Virus record (IMG/VR): IMGVR_UViG_3300023184_000046
Coordinates: 32,001 to 96,000 of that record
Direction: 5' to 3' (one strand)
Length of the DNA: 64,000 bases
Source: a virus
The position numbers and the translations under genes were made by a program. Below the pieces are notes generated by a model, which was not told the DNA's origin, did not search any database, and saw nothing but the letters and a program-made list of their open reading frames with translations. Numbering within the stretch: the stretch's first letter is position 1; every line of letters starts with the position of its first letter. This document shows positions 58,672 to 64,000 of the stretch, piece by piece.

Positions 58672-60135
58672 TTAAAATTTAAAAAAGGTTTGTTCCTTTT
58701 TAATTCTATTAGCAACCAAACTTCTAACATAGTATTGTTGTTTTTCTGTTATTCTTTGTTTAAATCTTTCAATATGGTGCTTGTAATTGGATTTAATATC
58801 ATCATCAACAGAGTTTATATTTGTCTCTGCTTCTTTGAATCTAATATCTAATGCTAGTGCATATTCCATTGATGCTAATCTATCAGTAAGAATAAGTTTT
58901 TTTAATTTATCGCTTTTAGAATTACCAAATTTAATTTCTTTATTTCTAATTAAATAAGATAATAGTTTTGCATTAGAAGATTCAACTATTAAGTCTGCTA
59001 TTTTGTCATTGAAACTTGAAGCTTTTGTACTATCAACATAGTATCTTATATTTTGGAAAAAGTTACTTACTTTATTTTCATCTCCATAAGGATTAAATGT
59101 AATTACTTTCTTTAATTCTTCAATGACTGATTTTTCAAATAATTCTATGCGGTTATTTTTTTTGTTTGAAATTACTCTTGATAAATAAGAATACACATCA
59201 TCGTTATCATTGCACAGATGAGATGCAAACAGTTCTTTCTCTAGGACTTCCCATCTTTCCCAGTTACCAGATGATCTATAAGTGGTTTTATTAATTTGAA
59301 AAGCAATTTCATGGTATTCAACCATGCTTGTTATATCATTACTTAGCAAGTGTTCAAACTCTGGTATTCTTTTATCTTTACAATAAGCTAAAGTTAATCT
59401 TGCTAATAATTGAGGTTCTAATTTTTTACTATTTTTAATAAAATCATAACTCAAAATTGCATTAGGTGAATGTCGCATATAACTAATTAATTCTTGTGCA
59501 TCTTTTGAATTTGTAATTTCTAAATCAAAATCTTTAATGATAAATTTTTCTATTAACTTATATGAATTATCTACAAGAGACATGATATATGGTGATTTAT
59601 TTTTAATTGCATATTCTTCTAATTCCTTCCATTTTTTACTACCATACACATTGTTTATGTAATTTGCAAGATATCTTGTACTAATGTGTTTTATTATTTT
59701 CTCAAGTGGCATACTAAGCAATTCTTTTTCAAGATTACTTTCTTTTTTTGAACCAATGTTAAATCTATTTTTTTCAAAATAATCTAAAAATGCAAAGGAA
59801 ATCTTATCATACTTAATAAACGCAGAAATTAGTTTATTTAATTCATCTTTAGAGAATTGGTGGTTTCTACCAGCATATCCATATGTAAGCTTATGTAAGA
59901 AATCATTCACTTCATTTTCTGGTACTTCTGTAGAATTTAAACTTAGAAATTCCACAATGAAGTCAACCCAAGTTTCTCGTTTTATTTGATAAGAGTGAGT
60001 CAAAGTTTTTTTAAGTAAGTTAAAGAAACCTTTTGGGTGTTTCTTAATTTTATCAAGTGCTTCATCTTTAGTGATAGCATTGTCATTTGCAATCAAGAAT
60101 CTTTCTACTTGAGAGAGGTTAATTTTTTTAGCCAT
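58672..60135 (-). CDS. Hypothetical helical-repeat protein
   Basis: 487 aa; recurring Y...R.xEfE motifs; ends FFKF. Confidence 0.7.
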   Translation of the reverse strand: MAKKINLSQVERFLIANDNAITKDEALDKIKKHPKGFFNLLKKTLTHSYQIKRETWVDFIVEFLSLNSTEVPENEVNDFLHKLTYGYAGRNHQFSKDELNKLISAFIKYDKISFAFLDYFEKNRFNIGSKKESNLEKELLSMPLEKIIKHISTRYLANYINNVYGSKKWKELEEYAIKNKSPYIMSLVDNSYKLIEKFIIKDFDLEITNSKDAQELISYMRHSPNAILSYDFIKNSKKLEPQLLARLTLAYCKDKRIPEFEHLLSNDITSMVEYHEIAFQINKTTYRSSGNWERWEVLEKELFASHLCNDNDDVYSYLSRVISNKKNNRIELFEKSVIEELKKVITFNPYGDENKVSNFFQNIRYYVDSTKASSFNDKIADLIVESSNAKLLSYLIRNKEIKFGNSKSDKLKKLILTDRLASMEYALALDIRFKEAETNINSVDDDIKSNYKHHIERFKQRITEKQQYYVRSLVANRIKKEQTFFKF

Positions 60136-60146
60136 TGTAATATCCT

Positions 60147-60530
60147 TTAGAATTTAAAAAAGAAAGGTTTATCTGGTGGTTGTTTGTGATAGTCTAAAAG
60201 AATAGTTAGACATTCACCAGTAGCAAGTTCTATTGCTTTTTTACATTCTATACCTTTGAAGTTATCAGTTAAGTATCTTACTATATCTGTTTGGTTATTT
60301 TTAACCGCTTCCTTCAAAGCTGGTTCTAGTTGTTTTGCATCAAAGCTACCAACTTCGACTAATGATTTTAATATAAACAATCTTCCGTAGTGTGCTGCAA
60401 ACTTTATACAATTGGTAAAATTATTTGCACCAAAGTCTAATGATTCTTCTACTTTGTTTATATTATCTTCTAATACAGCGTTGAACATTTGTTCATTAAG
60501 TTGTTTAATTGTAATGCGTTCTTCGTCCAT
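60147..60530 (-). CDS. Ankyrin-repeat-like protein
   Basis: FAAHYGRLFILKSLVE.G, ALKEAVKNNQTDIVRYL; ends FFKF. Confidence 0.7.
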   Translation of the reverse strand: MDEERITIKQLNEQMFNAVLEDNINKVEESLDFGANNFTNCIKFAAHYGRLFILKSLVEVGSFDAKQLEPALKEAVKNNQTDIVRYLTDNFKGIECKKAIELATGECLTILLDYHKQPPDKPFFFKF

Positions 60531-60534
60531 GTGA

Positions 60535-61137
60535 TTAACCTTTAATCAAGGTACTGAGGTAGTGCATCAATAAAAGACCGCCAATGTTTCTGCCAGCTTC
60601 GCATATTTGGTGTTCGTGATTATCTTCCCAAGTAAACTTATTTTTTTCTTCATCATAGACGGAGTTATTGTAAATCCAATCAAACAATTCATTATTAAGT
60701 TTGCAGAAGATTATTACTTCTGGTTCTTGTGATAGAGGAACATATTTAGCGGGATTTCTTTTATCAAGTGGGTGTTTGCCATCAATCATTATAAAGAGTA
60801 ATTCATCTTCTTTATCTTCTTGTGGTGTTGGGTCATAAATTTCACCTGTTGGAGATTTATAGATAATATGTGGTTCAAAGTTTAAATAAAGTTCTTTTGC
60901 CCCTAGCCAGCAAATATAACCATGAATGGCTTCTCCCCCATGTTTTTCAATTATCTTTGCTATATTTCTATTTGATGATAGCATTTCGCAATCTTCTTGT
61001 GGTTTTAAAGTAACCACAATTGGAGTGCCTATTTTAGCCAATTCATCTTTATATTTTTCTTGGAATATTTTCTTAGTTGGAATCACACCATTTTCGTGTG
61101 AAATTTCAAATAAGTTATCTGCCATGCTATTAATCAT
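60535..61137 (-). CDS. Transglutaminase/papain-like fold protein (possibly inactive)
   Basis: HGYICW...FEPHIIYKSPTGEIYDPTP. Confidence 0.45.
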   Translation of the reverse strand: MINSMADNLFEISHENGVIPTKKIFQEKYKDELAKIGTPIVVTLKPQEDCEMLSSNRNIAKIIEKHGGEAIHGYICWLGAKELYLNFEPHIIYKSPTGEIYDPTPQEDKEDELLFIMIDGKHPLDKRNPAKYVPLSQEPEVIIFCKLNNELFDWIYNNSVYDEEKNKFTWEDNHEHQICEAGRNIGGLLLMHYLSTLIKG

Positions 61138-61157
61138 GTTTTGTTCTCCTGTTATTA

Positions 61158-61186
61158 GATCGGTAATTAAGTTGGCAAAATTCCAA
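61158..61186 (-). promoter_or_regulatory. TTGGAA-N17-CCGATC promoter variant, copy 7
   Basis: Same spacing, upstream of 60535-61137. Confidence 0.6.
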
Positions 61187-61192
61187 CTATTT

Positions 61193-61609
61193 TCAAAATT
61201 CTATATCAAATCCAGATGCTGTAAGACAGAAGGTATAGAAAACTCCTAGAAGAATAGCGTTTAGTATTTCAATTTTTACACTTGGGTTTTGAATACTATC
61301 TTCAAATTCTTCTTTGATTTCATCATCTATTTTAAATAACATTTCTTCTTCCATTTCTTCAAACAAGCAATTCAGATCATTTGAAGTTTTCAGTCGTTCA
61401 CATAAATCAAAGTAATTATCTAATATTTCTTTGAATTGTTTATTATATTTACTGGAAACTAAAACATCTTCATTGCCAGTAATTTGATAAGTTAATTTTC
61501 TTATTAATGCTTTAATCTTATCAGATTCCATGTCATTAATATTAATTAACGGCCTAATGTTATCATCATAGGCTTTTCTAATTTGATTTAATAGTGCTTG
61601 TTCTTCCAT
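61193..61609 (-). CDS. Hypothetical acidic protein
   Basis: 138-aa ORF. Confidence 0.6.
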   Translation of the reverse strand: MEEQALLNQIRKAYDDNIRPLININDMESDKIKALIRKLTYQITGNEDVLVSSKYNKQFKEILDNYFDLCERLKTSNDLNCLFEEMEEEMLFKIDDEIKEEFEDSIQNPSVKIEILNAILLGVFYTFCLTASGFDIEF

Positions 61610-61651
61610 GACTTATAATATCATGGAAGAAGGCACGAAATCAAGAGGGTA

Positions 61652-62242
61652 TTAACTGTTAATTTTTGTAATTACCTCAACGATTTTATCTACAGTTTGT
61701 TTAACTGCTTTTTCATTTACATTTTCTTTATTGGAAGTTAACCAGCTTATAAGAAAGCCTGTTATTTTTGTTCTTAATCCATCAACATCTTTATCGTTAC
61801 GATACTCTTTTATAGCATTTTCAACTTCACCACTATCACCAAAATCAACTTCATTAGTTGGTTCTTCAAGTTCATATTTCTCAATGCAATATTGGAATAT
61901 TTTCTTTGAGAAATGGTCAATCATAAACTTAACTTTTAAATTATTATATTTTTCACTATTAATCTTATAGTTTTCTTTTACATTATCAGAAATATCTTTA
62001 TCAGAAGTAACTTCTATGAGATTTTCAAAATATTGCATTAAATCTGTAACTTGGTCTTTTCTTGTACTTACACCTTTTACAATTAAATCTTCATCTCCGA
62101 AATTACGATAAAGACACATATCAACATTTCTTGCTAGGTTTGAAATGTTTTCAAAGCTTGTATCTTGTTGGTTAGCAACCCTTTTAATAAAAGGTTCAAT
62201 TGTACTCTGTAAGCATTTCTTGAAATCACTTGCACTAATCAT
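61652..62242 (-). CDS. Hypothetical protein
   Basis: AAGGA SD; EKYELEEPTNEVDFGDSG resembles EKWTLP.S.VDFGDTG of the vWA N-domains. Confidence 0.65.
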   Translation of the reverse strand: MISASDFKKCLQSTIEPFIKRVANQQDTSFENISNLARNVDMCLYRNFGDEDLIVKGVSTRKDQVTDLMQYFENLIEVTSDKDISDNVKENYKINSEKYNNLKVKFMIDHFSKKIFQYCIEKYELEEPTNEVDFGDSGEVENAIKEYRNDKDVDGLRTKITGFLISWLTSNKENVNEKAVKQTVDKIVEVITKINS

Positions 62243-62285
62243 GGTATCATCCTTTATGTAAAAAACTTATTAGCCACACACTTAC

Positions 62286-62314
62286 TATCGGAATTTAAAC
62301 AACCAAAATTTCAA
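62286..62314 (-). promoter_or_regulatory. TTGAAA-N17-CCGATA promoter, copy 8
   Basis: Same spacing. Confidence 0.75.
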
Positions 62315-62793
62315 CTTTTACACATTAATTTTTCTAAAGTTTTTGCAACTTCATCTTTTATTTGTTCAATTGAAAGATCATCTACTTTTATATTGTATAA
62401 AACTGCCATGTGTACAACATTAAGCCATTCTTGATTAATAGGTGTAAAATACTTATTTTTAGATATAATGTTAGTGAGTACATCTACTTTTTCGTATATC
62501 TTATAGCACATTATTTGTGGCATAGAAGATAAAGTTATATCATAGTGAACATCATTTTCATCTACTACCCAAGCATGAGTTATTGGAAGTCCTATACTGG
62601 TAACTACTATTCCTTCTGCATATCGTAGTTTATGCAGGTTCTGCATTACAATTCTTTGGGAATTTGCAAAGCATTGTTTAGCTTGTGGTCTAAAATTAGC
62701 AGCTTTAATAGATTCTTTAATGTGTTTTGGATGGTGTTTGTAAGGAACAGGACACCACCCATTCTTCATTAACTTATTAAAAACATCGTTCAT
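62311..62793 (-). CDS. Transglutaminase/papain-like (Cys-His-Asp) protein
   Basis: KQCFANS, YAEG, PITHAWVVD, YDIT. Confidence 0.6.
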   Translation of the reverse strand: MNDVFNKLMKNGWCPVPYKHHPKHIKESIKAANFRPQAKQCFANSQRIVMQNLHKLRYAEGIVVTSIGLPITHAWVVDENDVHYDITLSSMPQIMCYKIYEKVDVLTNIISKNKYFTPINQEWLNVVHMAVLYNIKVDDLSIEQIKDEVAKTLEKLMCKS

Positions 62794-63248
62794 TACATTG
62801 CTTCCTTATCCTGAGAAAACATTGATCTAACTTTTACAGTTGTTTTGCCAGATACAGATGTTTTTGGCAATGTTTCTGCAAACACATCTTTGATATCATC
62901 AACTTTATCTTTAATTTTCTTAGAAAGTGTTGTTGCTTTGCCATCAAGTTTTTTAGCAACCACTTTACCCATAGCTAACGCAGCTTTTTCAATAGCTACT
63001 GCATCAGAGATGCCAAGTTCGGTTGAATATTGTGCAATAAATTCGTAAAGGGCAACTGAAACAGTTGCAAGTCTTTCGTAATCTTCGCCTTTATTGACAG
63101 TTCCCTTAATATCTGCATTAACAATTGCATCATTTTTGTTGTCCACTACTGTGATAGTAAGGTCAACATCATGGCTGCCAGTAGCCAATTTAGTGATTTG
63201 TTCTCCAAAAACCTTTTCGATTGCTGCACAGGCTACTTCATTTAACAT
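62793..63248 (-). CDS. Hypothetical protein, paralog of 47001-47456
   Basis: Colinear 151-aa similarity. Confidence 0.75.
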   Translation of the reverse strand: MLNEVACAAIEKVFGEQITKLATGSHDVDLTITVVDNKNDAIVNADIKGTVNKGEDYERLATVSVALYEFIAQYSTELGISDAVAIEKAALAMGKVVAKKLDGKATTLSKKIKDKVDDIKDVFAETLPKTSVSGKTTVKVRSMFSQDKEAM

Positions 63249-63292
63249 GATATACTTCCTTTATGTTGTATTACTTAGTTTCCCTATCATAC

Positions 63293-63321
63293 TATCGGAA
63301 AGTTATTCGTTTGAATTTCAA
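63293..63321 (-). promoter_or_regulatory. TTGAAA-N17-CCGATA promoter, copy 9
   Basis: Same spacing. Confidence 0.75.
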
Positions 63322-63428
63322 CTATCTTGCAAAAAATCTTAAATTTTTTAAAAGTATTTTGAAAATCATATAAGTTTATATTTGTCCGCAGGTTAACTAA
63401 ACGCCTACAGGCAGGCAAGTAAATTTAT

Positions 63429-63521
63429 AAGTACATCCGTGCAGTAAAGTTATAAGTACATCCGTACAATAAAGTTATAAGTACATCCGTGTAATAAGTT
63501 TATAAGTACATCCGTGCAAAA
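63429..63521 (+). repeat. 4 x 25-bp repeat with AAGTACATCCGT core
   Basis: Copies at ~63429, 63454, 63479, 63504. Confidence 0.9.
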
Positions 63522-63650
63522 ATTAAGATTTCAGGTAAGTTTAAAGAAAGATTTTAATATTTCAGGAAGATTTTAAGATGCTTGACAAATATAATTATTC
63601 AAATACTCTTGTATATTAGATTGGTTTTGTGATAGGTTAATTACTATAAG

Positions 63651-63866
63651 TTGATTATGAATAATAACATTGAAGTGAAAATTAAGCAAAATAATAGAAA
63701 CCCAGAAGATTTGTATTTGGAAAAATACAAAGATATTCTTCTTTCTGGAAAGGCAAAAAAGTGTACTGGTTGTAAATGCATTACTCTTGGTAGATTGCCT
63801 GAAGCAGAACTTCTGTGTTATTTTTGCTGGTTAATTGAAAATAATTATATAAGCAATAAGCTTTAA
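63651..63866 (+). CDS. Small CxxC..CxxC protein
   Basis: CTGC...CYFC; TTGACA at 63582 upstream. Confidence 0.5.
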   Translation: MIMNNNIEVKIKQNNRNPEDLYLEKYKDILLSGKAKKCTGCKCITLGRLPEAELLCYFCWLIENNYISNKL

Positions 63867-63901
63867 TTGAATATTTCTGTTTTTAATAAGGAGAAGGAAA
63901 A

Positions 63902-64000
63902 ATGGATACTTTTGAAAACGCTTCCCCACCTCATGAACAACCTGAAAAAGTCCTTGCAAGATGTTGGGAATGCGGTGAAGCTAAAATGTGTTTTGAACAT
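63902..64000 (+). CDS. Partial ORF (MDTFENASPP...CWECG), runs off window
   Basis: AGGAGAAGGA SD before ATG. Confidence 0.55.
   Translation, partial: MDTFENASPPHEQPEKVLARCWECGEAKMCFEH

Noticed and set aside
42518-63922. Identical N-termini MDTFENA at 42518 and 63902
   Set aside because: Only ~21 bp, similarity stops immediately and contexts differ; probably chance
1-64000. Alternative genetic code (TAG/TGA recoding)
   Set aside because: Genes are intact and densely packed in the standard code, and TAG/TGA end several genes
1-64000. tRNA, rRNA, integrase, transposase or reverse transcriptase genes
   Set aside because: No such motifs noticed by eye; tRNAscan and HMM searches were not run

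Overview
AT-rich fragment of a very large tailed phage genome (T4-superfamily-like jumbo/huge phage, standard genetic code; no rRNA, tRNA or CRISPR seen). Four zones. (1) 1-13 kb: tape-measure protein (2316 aa), a gp2-like DNA end protector, unknown virion-region genes and a degenerate CCA/poly(A) nucleotidyltransferase. (2) About 13-31 kb: glycan-building cluster (glf, DegT aminotransferase, glycosyltransferases, sulfotransferases, TylF methyltransferase) plus a mucin-like Thr-rich protein. (3) About 24-45 kb: many late-promoter ((T/C)ATAAATA) genes whose unrelated products (GNAT, ART-like, HExxH peptidase, ParB-like, PcfJ-like, a Tat-signal protein) share an N-terminal MxFKxW/F(L)..E tag resembling the T4 capsid-targeting sequence. 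Several are separated by a conserved ~35-bp junction repeat. (4) About 46-63.5 kb: minus-strand, probably early region built from stereotyped cassettes. It has nine copies of a TTGAAA-N17-CCGATA promoter, arrays of an 18-bp AAGTACATCCGTGCAATA motif, TG(A/C)TGATATG arrays next to terminators, GC-rich simple repeats, a three-copy covarying pseudoknot RNA leader and a duplicated MoxR-AAA/vWA pair. Zones 3 and 4 are the best candidates for undescribed systems. All functional calls come from motif recognition by eye; no database search was run.
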